64,000 nucleotides of DNA from an uncultured Gammaproteobacteria bacterium. Lineage in GTDB: Bacteria; Patescibacteriota; Patescibacteriia; Magasanikbacterales; GWA2-37-8. Under the pieces are notes generated by a model. The model was not told where the DNA came from and ran no database searches. It saw nothing but the letters and a program-made list of their open reading frames with translations. The DNA lies in assembly GCA_964444705.1 (NCBI GenBank), contig CAYUHX010000002.1:22869-86868 (forward strand). The letters are read 5' to 3'. Of this stretch, positions 19,130-30,659 are shown piece by piece. The position numbers and the translations under genes were made by a program. Each line of letters opens with the position of its first letter. Position 1 is the stretch's first letter.

Positions 19130-19341
19130 GGTTTTGATCTCCAAATTTCGGGCTCATGGCCCGGGTAGGGGTGATTTGGGGTGAAGTAATAATGCACCGG
19201 CATCTTAATTGTAAGATAATAATGGTGCGTTATCACGGATAAAAAGAGCCAAGATTTGACACTAGCACAAAAATGAAAAATGTCAAGTCTAAGAAGGTGT
19301 TTTTTATCTTAATTAAGCAAAATAGTGCGTATTTAAAAAAA

Positions 19342-19544
19342 TAAAAAACCCGAGAATATCGGGTTTAGCTTTTTTCACCATTAAGCTGCGGGAAGATCTG
19401 CATGTTAAGCGCGAGTCGGATTCCAAAAAACGGCTCCTTTAAAACATGAGACACATTTTAAGGGAAAAAAGATTGTTTTAGGATTCTAATTCGATTGAAA
19501 CATCAAATCTACCGCAACTTATTAGTGAAAAATATGAAAAAGGT
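19342..19544 (-). ncRNA. candidate 6S-like long-hairpin RNA
   Basis: Promoter TTGACA-17-TACAAT (19579-19551); ~160-nt irregular fold-back 19371-19532; terminator 19346-19366; no ORF. Confidence 0.6.
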
Positions 19545-19759
19545 TTGGTCATTGTAAGCTTCACCCTGCCGACTGTCAAGTGCGCTTAAAAAACGAAAAA
19601 ATAACCAATAAATCGTATAAACTCGATTTCAACCTTGGGTATTTTTAAATCACTTGTTGATAAGTAAAGTAGGGCTGCAAATGCGAGTGGTGTTATTTTG
19701 GCATAATCTAGTTAAAAATAAGAATAAAATTGACAAACTAGCACTCGCTTGTTCTTCAC

Positions 19760-19788
19760 TTGACACGCGGAAAATATCCGGCTAAAAT
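19760..19788 (+). promoter_or_regulatory. rpoB promoter
   Basis: TTGACA-17-TAAAAT. Confidence 0.75.
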
Positions 19789-20027
19789 GAATCCACTTTA
19801 GAGATGTGCAGAGGATTGGCATGGCAAGACAAAAAAGAGATCGATGTACTTTTTCGTCTTTTCATTCCAAGTCCCTCTCTTGCCTTATAAAGAGGTGTTT
19901 AATTATTTGAAACCCTTATTTAATGTGGTTAGAGAGTGATTATTTCCACCAAAAACCCTTTTAGGGTTTCATTTTGTTTTCTTTAAAAAAATTAGTTTCA
20001 ATCATAATTTCATCCTTCTTTAAAACT

Positions 20028-23000
20028 ATGTCTATGAAGGTACCTATTTTTAAAAAGCAGCCAGTGAAGGGTCGGGAGCGTAAATTTTTTACGCCAGTTA
20101 AAAATTGCCCACTACCCGATTTGATTGAAATTCAAAAAAATTCCTACCAATGGTTTTTGCAATCAGGAGTTAAAGAATTGTTCGAAGAAATTTCGCCGAT
20201 CACTGATTTTACCGGTCGTGATTTAGAGCTATCTCTCGACAGTTATTACCTCGACGAGCCACGTTTCGATGAGGTTACCTGTCGTGATCGCAACATCACC
20301 TACGAAGCCCCGCTCCGTGCGGTTGCTCGTTTGGTAAACAAACGTGACAAACAATCTAAAAGTCAAGAAATTTATTTAGGCGACATTCCGCTCATGACCA
20401 GCCGCGGCACGTTTGTGGTTAATGGTATTGAGCGCGTGGTTGTGTCGCAGTTTATTAGAAGTGCTGGTGCTTTTTTTACCGCTGAATCAGTGCGTGGTCG
20501 TCGTTATTATGGTGCAAAAATAATTCCAAATCGTGGTGCCTGGATTGAAATTGAAACTGATCTTAATAACGTTCTTTGGATTAAAGTTGATCGCAAACGC
20601 AAAGTAGCAGCTACATCGCTTTTGCGTGCGTTTGGTTATGAAGATGACGAAAAATTACTTGAATGTTTTAAAGATGTTGATGTCCACCCAACTATCAACT
20701 ATGCCGAAGCGACCATCAAAAAAGATCTTGCAAAAAACATGGATGAGGGTTTGATCGAAGTCTATAAGAGAATTCGTCCGGGTGATTTGGCAACGGCCGA
20801 CAATGCCAAAAGTTTGATCTACGCCATGTTCTTCAATTTTGATCGTTATGATCTTGGACGCGTTGGTGTGTACAAATTTAATACTAAATTTGATCTTGGT
20901 TACACCGAGGGTGATTATGACAAAAAAGAACACCGAGTACTTTCTGCCGAAAAATTGTTAGCGGTTTTGAAAGAAGTTGTTCGTCTTAATGTTACCCAAG
21001 AAGAACCTGATGATGTTGACCATCTTGGTAACCGCCGCGTGCGTGCGGTGGGTGAACTTGTGCAAAATCGTTTTCGTGTTGGTCTTTCCCGCATGGAACG
21101 CATCATCAAAGATCGCATGAGCACCTATGAGCTCGATCAGTTAACACCAAACAAGCTTATTAACGCCCGCCCAGTCACGAGTGCCATTCGTGAGTTTTTC
21201 ATGAGTTCACAGTTGTCGCAATTCATGGATCAAACTAATCCTTTGGCTGAGCTTGAACACAAACGTCGTTTGAGTGCTCTTGGCCCTGGAGGTCTTGGCC
21301 GTGATCGGGCTGGGTTTGAAGTGCGTGACGTGCATACTACCCATTATGGCAAGGTATGTCCGATTGCGACTCCGGAAGGACCAAATATCGGTCTCGTTAA
21401 CCATCTGGCAAGTTATGCCAAAATTAACGAATTTGGTTTTGTTGAAACAGCCTATCGAAAAATTTTAAAAGAAGTTGCCAATGAGCCACGTTTTACCGAG
21501 GGTGAAATTTTGCGTGGAGATCAAGGTGGTTTTAAAGATGGCACACCCATCACAAAAGATGTGGCTGAAAAATTGGCGAAAGTAAAAGTAGAAAAAATCT
21601 TGGTGAAATCTCGTCTTACTAGTGAAGTGGTGTATCTTAATGCCTTTAAAGAAGAAAAAGTAATCACTGCGGCTGCCAACACACGCACAGATGAGAAAGG
21701 TTATTTCCTTGATGGTACGGTGCCTGCTCGTGTGTACAGCAAACCAGGCGTCGCGCATGTGAACGACTTAGATTATATCGACGCAGCCTCGAATGAAATT
21801 GTGAGTATTGCCACCTCATGTATTCCTTTTCTTGAACATGATGACGCCACACGCGCACTCATGGGAACAAACATGCAGCGTCAGGCGGTGCCTTGTATTC
21901 GTCCGGAGCCGCCACTCGTGGGCACTGGCATGGAAAGAGATGCGGCTCGCTACACCGGTCAAATTGTGATCGCCGATGCTGATGGTGAGATCACCGAATT
22001 TGATGGTAAACACATTGTGCTTACCACTAAAAAAGGTGAAAAATTTGTCTATAATCTAAACAAATTCGTACGCTCCAATGCGTCAACATGTATTAACCAA
22101 CATCCATGTGTGTCACTTGGTCAACAGGTGAAGAAAGGCGATGTGCTGTCAGACGGGCCTTCTATCAGTGATGGTGAGTTGGCACTCGGCCAAAATGTGC
22201 TCGTGGCGTATATGATTTGGGAAGGGTTCAACTATGAAGACGCCATTATTACTTCAGAAAAATTAGTACAACGCGACAGCTTCACTTCTGTACATATTGA
22301 AGATTATACTGTCGACGTGTGTGAAACCAAACTTGGACCAGAAGTAGTCACTGCTGATATTCCGAATGTCAGTGAAGAAAAATTAAAAAATTTAGACAGC
22401 GAAGGCATAATTCGTATCGGTGCCGAAATCAAATCTGGTGATATTTTGGTTGGTAAGATTACGCCAAAAGGTGAAACCGAGCTTAGCGCTGAAGAACGTT
22501 TGCTTCGCGCCATCTTTGGTGAAAAAGCTCGCGATGTACGTGATTCTTCTTTGTATCTTGAGCATGGCGAACACGGTAAAGTAATTGGTGTGCAAGTGTT
22601 TTCTGCCGAAAATGGCGACAAACTTGAACCAGGTGTCATTAAACGTATTCAAGTCACGGTGGCTGATCTCCGTAAGATTCAGGTGGGAGATAAGATGGCA
22701 GGACGCCACGGTAATAAAGGTGTGGTTTCGAAGATTGTTCCGGCTGAAGATTTGCCTTTCCTTGAAGATGGTACCTCCGTGGACATTGTGCTTTCCCCAC
22801 TCGGCGTTATTTCTCGTATGAACTTGGGGCAATTGCTTGAAACTCACCTTGGTCTTGCGGCGAATGCGCTGGGATATAAAGTCGCAACGCCGGTATTAGA
22901 CGGGTTAAACGAAGAGCAAATTAAGAGCGAGCTTGAAAAAGGAGGCTTTCCTCTCAATGGACAAGTGCAGCTTTATGATGGACGTACCGGTGAACCGTTT

Positions 23001-23447
23001 GATCACAAAACGACCATTGGTTACAAATACATGCTCAAACTCAACCACATGGTTGAAGATAAAATTCACCAACGTTCAATTGGTCCATACAGCTTAATTA
23101 CACAGCAACCGCTTGGTGGTAAGGCTCAATTCGGTGGTCAGCGTTTCGGAGAAATGGAAGTGTGGGCACTCCAAGCGTATGGTGCCGCACACACCTTGCA
23201 AGAAATGTTAACGATCAAGTCAGATGACGTACCAGGCCGCTCTAAAGCATATGAGGCTATCATTAAGGGCGAAAAGGTAAGTCGAGTCAACATTCCTGAA
23301 TCATTCAACGTGCTTGTACGCGAATTGAAAGGTTTGTGTCTCGATGTGAGCTTGCTCAAGAAAACAGAATCCGGTCAGTATGTTCCAGCAGAGGATTTGA
23401 AAACCCAAGAAGAACGAACTGCACAAAAAGAAGACATGCCGCTTTAG
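20028..23447 (+). CDS. rpoB: RNA polymerase beta subunit
   Basis: [32 protein letters not shown]. Confidence 0.99.
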   Translation: MSMKVPIFKKQPVKGRERKFFTPVKNCPLPDLIEIQKNSYQWFLQSGVKELFEEISPITDFTGRDLELSLDSYYLDEPRFDEVTCRDRNITYEAPLRAVARLVNKRDKQSKSQEIYLGDIPLMTSRGTFVVNGIERVVVSQFIRSAGAFFTAESVRGRRYYGAKIIPNRGAWIEIETDLNNVLWIKVDRKRKVAATSLLRAFGYEDDEKLLECFKDVDVHPTINYAEATIKKDLAKNMDEGLIEVYKRIRPGDLATADNAKSLIYAMFFNFDRYDLGRVGVYKFNTKFDLGYTEGDYDKKEHRVLSAEKLLAVLKEVVRLNVTQEEPDDVDHLGNRRVRAVGELVQNRFRVGLSRMERIIKDRMSTYELDQLTPNKLINARPVTSAIREFFMSSQLSQFMDQTNPLAELEHKRRLSALGPGGLGRDRAGFEVRDVHTTHYGKVCPIATPEGPNIGLVNHLASYAKINEFGFVETAYRKILKEVANEPRFTEGEILRGDQGGFKDGTPITKDVAEKLAKVKVEKILVKSRLTSEVVYLNAFKEEKVITAAANTRTDEKGYFLDGTVPARVYSKPGVAHVNDLDYIDAASNEIVSIATSCIPFLEHDDATRALMGTNMQRQAVPCIRPEPPLVGTGMERDAARYTGQIVIADADGEITEFDGKHIVLTTKKGEKFVYNLNKFVRSNASTCINQHPCVSLGQQVKKGDVLSDGPSISDGELALGQNVLVAYMIWEGFNYEDAIITSEKLVQRDSFTSVHIEDYTVDVCETKLGPEVVTADIPNVSEEKLKNLDSEGIIRIGAEIKSGDILVGKITPKGETELSAEERLLRAIFGEKARDVRDSSLYLEHGEHGKVIGVQVFSAENGDKLEPGVIKRIQVTVADLRKIQVGDKMAGRHGNKGVVSKIVPAEDLPFLEDGTSVDIVLSPLGVISRMNLGQLLETHLGLAANALGYKVATPVLDGLNEEQIKSELEKGGFPLNGQVQLYDGRTGEPFDHKTTIGYKYMLKLNHMVEDKIHQRSIGPYSLITQQPLGGKAQFGGQRFGEMEVWALQAYGAAHTLQEMLTIKSDDVPGRSKAYEAIIKGEKVSRVNIPESFNVLVRELKGLCLDVSLLKKTESGQYVPAEDLKTQEERTAQKEDMPL

Positions 23448-23483
23448 TCTTATTCTTTTGCAATCTTTGTAACCTTACCTCTT

Positions 23484-26400
23484 ATGCGCGACCAATTACA
23501 TTCCATGGATTTTGACGCCATCCGCGTAACCCTTGCCTCTCCTGAGCGTATCCGAGAAGGATCGCATGGCAAGGTAGAAAAACCAGAGACAATTAACTAC
23601 CGCACGCAGAAGCCAGAAAAAGGCGGTTTGTTTGCGGAAGAAATTTTCGGGCCGATTAAAGATTACGAATGCTATTGTGGTAAATATAAAAAAATTCGTT
23701 ACAAAGGCATTGTGTGTGACAAGTGTGGTGTTGAAGTAACCCACTCATTGGTGCGCCGTGAACGTATGGGTCATATTGAGCTCATTGCGCCAGCTGCCCA
23801 TATTTGGTTTTTGCGTTCGGTGCCGTCTAAGGTTGGTCTGATTCTTGATCTCTCGGCGCAATCTCTTGAGAAAGTCATCTACTTTGCTTCGTTTGTCATT
23901 ATTCATGTTGACGAAGAAACCAAGAAACAAACATTCGACTTGTTGCGTCAGGAATATAAATCAAAAAAGAAACAGCTGGAAAAAGAATTAGCGACATATC
24001 TTGAGACCGCAGGTAAAGAAAAAGAGAAAGGCAAAGACGATGGGGCAGCTGAGTTTGAACGCAAAATAAAAGCGCTTGATTTAGATTTTACTCAAGCCGA
24101 AAAAGAATTGAAAGAACTTCAAGTAATGAAAATTATTTCAGAAAACAAATATCAGGAGCTCTCTCTGCGCTATGGTCATTTGTTTGAAGCATCTATTGGT
24201 GCCGAGGCGGTGTATACTTTGCTTAGTCGAATTAACCTTGAAGAAACAATTAAAAAACTAGAAGACGAGCAAGCCAAAGCTAAAGGGGCTAAATTGGAAA
24301 GAATTATCCGCCGCCGCAAATTATTGCGCAGCTTGCTTTTCACCAAAATTCGTCCGGAATGGATGGTGCTTAAAGTGTTGCCGGTTATTCCTCCAGATTT
24401 GCGCCCAATGGTGGCGTTGGACGGTGGTCGTTTTGCCACATCCGATCTCAACGATTTGTATCGTCGCGTAATTAATCGCAACAATCGCTTGCGTCGCTTG
24501 CTTGAACTTGATGCTCCAGAAGTGATTTGTCGCAATGAAAAAAGAATGTTACAGGAAGCAGTTGATGCGCTCATCGACAACAACGCCCGTCATTCCAAAA
24601 CGGTCACCGCTTCAACCGGTCAAAAAAGACAGTTGCGTTCCTTGGCAGATATTCTTAAAGGTAAACAAGGTCGTTTCCGTCAAAACTTGCTCGGTAAACG
24701 TGTGGACTATTCTGGTCGTTCTGTTATCGTCGTCGGTCCGCAGCTTAATATGGACGAATGTGGTTTGCCGAAACGCATGGCCCTCGAATTATTCAAGCCA
24801 TTCATCATGAGCGAAGTTATTCGTCGTGAGCTGGCACACAATGTGCGCAGTGCGAGCCGCTATATCGAAGCAGGCAGCCCTGAAGTGTGGGATATTTTAG
24901 AAGAGCTTACCAAAAATACGCGCGTCATGTTGAATCGTGCGCCAACGTTGCATCGTTTAGGTATTCAGGCTTTTCATCCACGCTTGATTGAAGGTAAAGC
25001 CATTCAACTTCATCCTTTAACCTGTACTGCTTTTAACGCCGACTTTGATGGTGACCAAATGGCAGTGCATTTGCCACTCACCGACGAAGCGCGTTGGGAA
25101 GCAGAGAACCTCATGGCCGCAGAAAAAAACTTGCTCAAACCGGCAACTGGTAAAGTTGTGGCCACTCCAAAGCAAGACGTAGTGTTTGGTTGTTATTATC
25201 TTACTAAATATCTTCTTCAAGACACCGCGCCAGTGACCAAAATATTCTCTTCTGAAAAAGAAGCTAAATTAGCTTACAAAACTCGCGCGATCACTTTGCA
25301 TCAACGCATCAAAGTGCGGTTCACCAGCATGGAAAAGTTTCCTGAGGGCACCAATCATATTATTGAAACATCTATCGGCCGCGTGCTCTTCAATGAAATC
25401 ATCCCACCGAAATTGCCGTATTATAATGAAGTCATTACGGTTAAAAAACTTGGCAACATTATCTTGCTCTGTCTTGAAATGTATGGCCAAGAATACACCG
25501 CACATTTCTTGGACGAATTAAAAAATCTTGGTTTCCGCTACATTACCAAATCTGGCTTCTCGCTGGGTATGGATGATTTTCCAAAGATTCAGGGAAAACA
25601 AGAATACATTGCTTCAGCCGATTCCAAAATTGTGGAAATGGAACAGCAATATCAAGAAGGTTTGCTCACGCAAGCTGAACGCCATGCTACCATTATTGAA
25701 ATTTGGACCGATGCCAAAAATAAAATTGCCGCTCGTAGTAAAGACTTCCTCGATAAGAATGGTCCAGTGTTCGCGATGATGGATTCTGGTGCGCGTGGTA
25801 GTGAAGCGCAGCTTACCCAAGTTACTGCTATGAAAGGTTTAGTGGTGTCGCCTTCTGGTGATATTATCGAGCTGCCAATCAAGGGTAACTTTAAAGAAGG
25901 TTTCAGTGTACTTGAATTCTTTATCTCTTCCCACGGTACGCGTAAAGGTTTGTCTGATACCGCACTTCGTACCGCGAATGCGGGGTACCTCACCCGTCGT
26001 TTGGTAGATGTGTCGCAAGATGTGGTAGTGGCCGAAGAAGATTGTGGTGACACTGTTGGTGAAATTTTTTCAACCGAGCAATCTAAGGAGATGGGTGAAA
26101 AATTAGCTGATCGCGTGTGGGGTCGCTATGTGGTGGCTGAAGTAAAAGTAGGTAAAGAGGTGATTGTTGAAGTTGGACAGGCTATTGATGATCGCGCTGC
26201 TCGCCGCATTGAAGAACTGGAAGTGTCATCTGTGCATGTACGAAGTGTGCTTCAGTGCCGTCTCTCTAAAACAGTTTGCCGCAGATGTTATGGTTTTGAT
26301 TTGGCACACAATAAGCCCGTTGAGTTTGGAACTGCGGTGGGTGTTATTGCTGCTCAATCAATTGGTGAACCGGGTACACAGCTTACTCTTCGTACGTTCC

Positions 26401-27377
26401 ATTCTGGTGGTGTGGCTGGAGGCGATATTACCCAAGGTTTGCCTCGCGTAGAAGAGTTGTTTGAGCTTCGTACTCCTAAACACCAAGCTTTTTTGGCTAC
26501 GGTTTCCGGCAAAATTGAAATTGAAGACGCTGATGGAAAAATGATTATTGGTCCAACAGGCAAGAAAGTTTTTGAAGGCCGCAGCGGACAAAAAATTGTA
26601 CGCGTGCATTTTGAAGGTATGGATGAAATGACCATGAAGTATAAATCTGAAGATGAAATTCGGGTGAAGGATGGTGAGCGCGTCGCAAAAGATCAGGTAC
26701 TCTTGGTACGCGGCAGTACTGGTGAAGAAATTATGGCCAAGTATAGTGGTCAGGTAAAATTTGCCAAAAATCAAATCAGTTTGGTGTACGAAGGTCCGCG
26801 TGTGCATGAGCATGTAGTGCCGATGGGGTATAAAATCATGGTAAAAAATGGTGATATGGTAGAAAAAGGCGATCGCTTGACTGATGGTAGTATTAACCTC
26901 CAAGAATTACATGAATTAAAAGGACGTGCTGCGGTACAGCGCTATATCTTAGAAGAAGTACAGTCAATTTATTCTTCTCAAGGTCAGAAAGTGAACGACA
27001 AGCATGTAGAACTCATTATTCGTCAAATGTTTAGTCGTGTGTATCTCGAAGATACTGGGGAAACTGAACTTATTCCAGGTGAGGTGGTTGAAAAACATCA
27101 GGTGGAATTGGCCAACAATTTGCTTAAGAAGGCAAGTGCCAAACAGGCTGTTGGGCGCGAACTCCTCCTTGGTATTAGTAAGGTGGCGCTTTCAACACAA
27201 AGCTTCCTCTCGGCGGCATCGTTTCAAGAAACCGCTCGCGTACTTATCAACGCTGCCTCAACCGGTAAGATTGATTATCTCGAGGGCTTGAAAGAAAATG
27301 TGATCATCGGTCGGCTCATTCCAGTGGGCACTGGTTTTAAATCTCCCTTTACCGCTGACGTAGTAAAAAATGGCTAA
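23484..27377 (+). CDS. rpoC: RNA polymerase beta' subunit
   Basis: NADFDGDQMAVH, zinc finger, GLKENVIIG. Confidence 0.99.
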   Translation: MRDQLHSMDFDAIRVTLASPERIREGSHGKVEKPETINYRTQKPEKGGLFAEEIFGPIKDYECYCGKYKKIRYKGIVCDKCGVEVTHSLVRRERMGHIELIAPAAHIWFLRSVPSKVGLILDLSAQSLEKVIYFASFVIIHVDEETKKQTFDLLRQEYKSKKKQLEKELATYLETAGKEKEKGKDDGAAEFERKIKALDLDFTQAEKELKELQVMKIISENKYQELSLRYGHLFEASIGAEAVYTLLSRINLEETIKKLEDEQAKAKGAKLERIIRRRKLLRSLLFTKIRPEWMVLKVLPVIPPDLRPMVALDGGRFATSDLNDLYRRVINRNNRLRRLLELDAPEVICRNEKRMLQEAVDALIDNNARHSKTVTASTGQKRQLRSLADILKGKQGRFRQNLLGKRVDYSGRSVIVVGPQLNMDECGLPKRMALELFKPFIMSEVIRRELAHNVRSASRYIEAGSPEVWDILEELTKNTRVMLNRAPTLHRLGIQAFHPRLIEGKAIQLHPLTCTAFNADFDGDQMAVHLPLTDEARWEAENLMAAEKNLLKPATGKVVATPKQDVVFGCYYLTKYLLQDTAPVTKIFSSEKEAKLAYKTRAITLHQRIKVRFTSMEKFPEGTNHIIETSIGRVLFNEIIPPKLPYYNEVITVKKLGNIILLCLEMYGQEYTAHFLDELKNLGFRYITKSGFSLGMDDFPKIQGKQEYIASADSKIVEMEQQYQEGLLTQAERHATIIEIWTDAKNKIAARSKDFLDKNGPVFAMMDSGARGSEAQLTQVTAMKGLVVSPSGDIIELPIKGNFKEGFSVLEFFISSHGTRKGLSDTALRTANAGYLTRRLVDVSQDVVVAEEDCGDTVGEIFSTEQSKEMGEKLADRVWGRYVVAEVKVGKEVIVEVGQAIDDRAARRIEELEVSSVHVRSVLQCRLSKTVCRRCYGFDLAHNKPVEFGTAVGVIAAQSIGEPGTQLTLRTFHSGGVAGGDITQGLPRVEELFELRTPKHQAFLATVSGKIEIEDADGKMIIGPTGKKVFEGRSGQKIVRVHFEGMDEMTMKYKSEDEIRVKDGERVAKDQVLLVRGSTGEEIMAKYSGQVKFAKNQISLVYEGPRVHEHVVPMGYKIMVKNGDMVEKGDRLTDGSINLQELHELKGRAAVQRYILEEVQSIYSSQGQKVNDKHVELIIRQMFSRVYLEDTGETELIPGEVVEKHQVELANNLLKKASAKQAVGRELLLGISKVALSTQSFLSAASFQETARVLINAASTGKIDYLEGLKENVIIGRLIPVGTGFKSPFTADVVKNG

Positions 27378-27390
27378 AATTTTAGCTGCT

Positions 27391-27424
27391 AAAACCATCT
27401 GTCTTCATGGCAGGTGGTTTTTTT
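27391..27424 (+). terminator. rpoBC terminator
   Basis: AAAACCATCTGTC-ttcat-GGCAGGTGGTTTTTTT. Confidence 0.8.
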
Positions 27425-27469
27425 ATTAGCTTGTTTTTTATATTTTTTTGGCGTAAAATAGGTTAAACT

Positions 27470-29242
27470 ATGGATAAAAAATATATATTCACCACGGTAG
27501 TACTGGTCGCTAGTGCTAGTTTTCTCGCTTTTGTTTTAAAAACCACTAGTGCTGATTTTTTGTCAGCGAATGCCAAATCAGCGGCCAGAAATAGCATTAT
27601 CGGTATGCGTGAAACCGCTGATGTGCGCTCGACTACATTGGGCGCTTCTTCGACAAAGATGGTTCTACCGTCTTCAACCATCGTTTCGGCACTAATTTCT
27701 GATGAGGATGAGCATGTCGACGAAACGAAGGCGCTTTTAGCCGCGATTGAAAAACAGTCTCCCGAAACAATAGTAGTGTTTTTAGATTCTTTGATTGGTG
27801 AATCGTCTAGTGTTAAAACACGTTTTACCACAAATACACCAGCGGCAAATTCCGTCGCATTTATTACTCGTTTTTTTGAGCGCATGCACGAGCAAACAAC
27901 CGCGCCGATAGAAAATAAAGAAATAATAAACGAGCAACCAAAACTTATTTCACAACTTCAAGCAATATTTCCCGCAGCCACAGTGGTGCCAGTTGTTGTA
28001 GAAAATAAGATGAGTACAACCACTTTGCGTGAATTTGCACGTTTGCTTGCTAAAAATTTGCCTGAAAAAAGTGTAGTGCTTGCACGTGTACGTTTTTTGC
28101 CACAACGATCACCGGCAGTAAAAAAATTTGCTGCAGAGGTTTTTGAAAATGTACTTAAAACCGGGAATGCTGAGCGATTGGCCCGAACGCATATAGCTGA
28201 TTCAGCAGGGCTATACACATTGTTCCAATTTAACGCCTACGCAAAAGCTCAGACATTTTCACCGGTTGTTTTTATTGACACGCCAAATAGCACTTTTTTT
28301 CCTTTAGGCTATTTTTCTTCTGGGGCGCCAGATGACACCACTCTTGTTGGGGTGCATTTTTTTGGTGACATCATGCTTGATCGCAATGTGGCAAAAGCTA
28401 TGGGTAAAAAGGGTCTTGAATATGTATTCGAAAAAATGATACCACCAAAAGATACTTTTTTAACTGGAGCCGATTTTGTGATTGCTAATTTAGAAGGTCC
28501 GTTTGCCAAGGCTCGGGTGAAAACAAGCAAATCAATTGCGTTTCGTTTTGATCCCGCTCTTGCGCCACAATTAAAAAAATATGGCTTTTCTGGATTTAGC
28601 TTGGCCAACAATCATAGCCTGGATATGGGACTAAAAAATGTTGATTTTACTCGCCGTCTTCTTGAAGAAAATGGGCTCGGTCATTTTGGTGATCAGATTC
28701 GAGAAGGGGCAGAGTATACATGGTTTGCCCGTGTGCCCGGCACAACAACGACCATTGCGTTTGTGGGCATTAATACTACCGATCACTCAATTGAACGGGC
28801 GAAAGTAAAAAACGCATTGGCCGAAGCTCGCAAAAAAGCAACGTATGTTTTTGTGATGATGCATTGGGGAGTTGAATATAAACAAGTATCAAGAATTGAC
28901 GAACGTAATTTGGCACACCTGTTACTTGATGAAGGAGCAGATGCCATTATTGGTGCACATCCACATGTGGTGGAAGAGATGGAATTGTATAAGGAAAAAC
29001 CAATCTTTTATTCGCTGGGGAATTTTGTGTTTGACCAATATTTTTCTAAAGAAACCCAGGAAGGTTTGAGTGTTGGTCTCACTTTTGAAGAGGGAAAGGT
29101 TAAAAATATTTATCTCTTTCCGTTCGCCGAAGAAAAATCTCAGCCGCAGCTGATGGAAGGAAAAAGAAGAGATGATTTTTTGGAGTGGTTTAGTACAAGT
29201 AGTCGTGTGGGAGGAAAAAAAATCGAACAGGGAAAAATATAA
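27470..29242 (+). CDS. CapA-family metallophosphatase with divergent N-terminal domain
   Basis: GDIMLDR, NLEGP, SLANNH, HWGVEY, GAHPHV, YSLGNF. Confidence 0.85.
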   Translation: MDKKYIFTTVVLVASASFLAFVLKTTSADFLSANAKSAARNSIIGMRETADVRSTTLGASSTKMVLPSSTIVSALISDEDEHVDETKALLAAIEKQSPETIVVFLDSLIGESSSVKTRFTTNTPAANSVAFITRFFERMHEQTTAPIENKEIINEQPKLISQLQAIFPAATVVPVVVENKMSTTTLREFARLLAKNLPEKSVVLARVRFLPQRSPAVKKFAAEVFENVLKTGNAERLARTHIADSAGLYTLFQFNAYAKAQTFSPVVFIDTPNSTFFPLGYFSSGAPDDTTLVGVHFFGDIMLDRNVAKAMGKKGLEYVFEKMIPPKDTFLTGADFVIANLEGPFAKARVKTSKSIAFRFDPALAPQLKKYGFSGFSLANNHSLDMGLKNVDFTRRLLEENGLGHFGDQIREGAEYTWFARVPGTTTTIAFVGINTTDHSIERAKVKNALAEARKKATYVFVMMHWGVEYKQVSRIDERNLAHLLLDEGADAIIGAHPHVVEEMELYKEKPIFYSLGNFVFDQYFSKETQEGLSVGLTFEEGKVKNIYLFPFAEEKSQPQLMEGKRRDDFLEWFSTSSRVGGKKIEQGKI

Positions 29243-29253
29243 TTTATTATTCT

Positions 29254-29976
29254 ATGTCAGGTCACAGCAAATGGCATAATATTCAAGGGCGAAAAGGCAA
29301 ACAAGATGCGCTTCGCAGCAATTTGTTTACCAAACACGCCAAAGCAATTGCGCTCGCGGCGCGGAAAGGCGGTGTTGATCCAGCGACAAATTTTTCATTG
29401 CGTTTGGCCATTGATCGATCACGTGCCGATGGCATGCCAAAAGACAATATTGAACGCGCGGTGAAACGCGGCGCAGGCGACTCGGGCGAAGCTGAGATGG
29501 AAGAATATATCTACGAAGCGTTTGGCCCGGGTGGGGTGGCAATTATGTTGAAAGCAGTGACCGATAATAAAAATCGGACTATTTCTGATGTGAAACACAT
29601 TATGTCGGTTCATGGTGGCTCGTTTGCCAGTGCGGGCAGTGTGCAATGGATGTTTACAGAGTGCGGTCTTGTGACTATTGGTACAGAGTATTTGGCAAAT
29701 GGGCGCCTCGAGCTTGAGCTCAAACTTATTGAAGCTGGTGCTGAAGATATCACCGATGTTCCAGAAGGGATTGTAGTGAAAAGCAAGGTAGAACACTTGC
29801 AAAAAATACTTCATGAGTTAAAAGAATTGCAGATTACGCCACTGCGTTCGGGAATTGAATGGGTGGCGAAAGATGTGGTGATGGTCGATCAAGAAACCGG
29901 AAAAAAATTAGAAGACTTGTTTGGCGCGCTGGAAGCACATGATGATATTGAAGACTATTTCACAAACGCAGGTTGA
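29254..29976 (+). CDS. yebC: YebC/PmpR family protein
   Basis: MSGHSKWHNI, YEAFGPGG, TDNKNRT. Confidence 0.95.
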   Translation: MSGHSKWHNIQGRKGKQDALRSNLFTKHAKAIALAARKGGVDPATNFSLRLAIDRSRADGMPKDNIERAVKRGAGDSGEAEMEEYIYEAFGPGGVAIMLKAVTDNKNRTISDVKHIMSVHGGSFASAGSVQWMFTECGLVTIGTEYLANGRLELELKLIEAGAEDITDVPEGIVVKSKVEHLQKILHELKELQITPLRSGIEWVAKDVVMVDQETGKKLEDLFGALEAHDDIEDYFTNAG

Positions 29977-30077
29977 ATTTCGTAAAAGAAAATGAGGTGT
30001 GTGTAAATGCTCAGTTGGTTTATTTTACGGAAAAGGATTCTGTTGTTCACGCTGAACAGTAATACTATATTGAATAT

Positions 30078-30656
30078 ATGACAGAAGTTAGGCATCTAGA
30101 AAAAGAAATTACATTTATTGAAGGACCGCATATTTTTTTAGATAAAAAAATTGCTGAAATTGATGAGCGTATTGCGGAGATAAATAGGGTGCTTGCACCT
30201 TGGCGGGCTTCGTTTCCCCAGCATGAGATGTATGAGCAGGATGAGTTGGGTGCTTTGCAGATTAGAAAAGATGTGGGAGAAGGGGTATTGCGGCAAAAAA
30301 GCGCCCTTGAAAAAGTGCAAAAAGAATTAGTGCTGCAACGACAATTGGAAGTCACCAAAAGTTGTCTGCTTGATTTTCAAAACCGCCTAAAGGTTTTAAT
30401 TAAAACGGTTGGTGCGGCGCGAAAAGAAGCGCGAAAAAATATTGTTATTGATTTAATGAAGCAGAAGGGAATTGAAGATGTAAAACTCAATAAGTGGAAG
30501 CATGATTATCTTCGTGATTACGGTCGAGATGGTTTGGATGAGAAAAAATTTTTTGAAGCGAGTCAGTTGACGCAGCTTAGTATTAATCTCATTGTTGAGC
30601 GTATCGAATTGCTTGAAGAACTTGAAAACAGATTAAATGATATGCCGTGGCATTAA
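30078..30656 (+). CDS. hypothetical coiled-coil protein
   Basis: 192-aa ORF between yebC and ruvC. Confidence 0.6.
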   Translation: MTEVRHLEKEITFIEGPHIFLDKKIAEIDERIAEINRVLAPWRASFPQHEMYEQDELGALQIRKDVGEGVLRQKSALEKVQKELVLQRQLEVTKSCLLDFQNRLKVLIKTVGAARKEARKNIVIDLMKQKGIEDVKLNKWKHDYLRDYGRDGLDEKKFFEASQLTQLSINLIVERIELLEELENRLNDMPWH

Positions 30657-30659
30657 TTC

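Noticed and set aside
19738-19765. CIRCE element (CTAGCACTC)
   Set aside because: Only one half-site; no GAGTGCTAA 9 nt downstream.
19974-20027. Extended N-termini in the ORF track (rpoB 19974, DsbA 8453, ileS 45379, 6239, 44543)
   Set aside because: Downstream ATGs fit the family N-termini, the SD or the native tATG context better.
29254-29976. Alternative genetic code 25 (TGA=Gly)
   Set aside because: yebC and other genes end cleanly at TGA, and long genes are intact under code 11.
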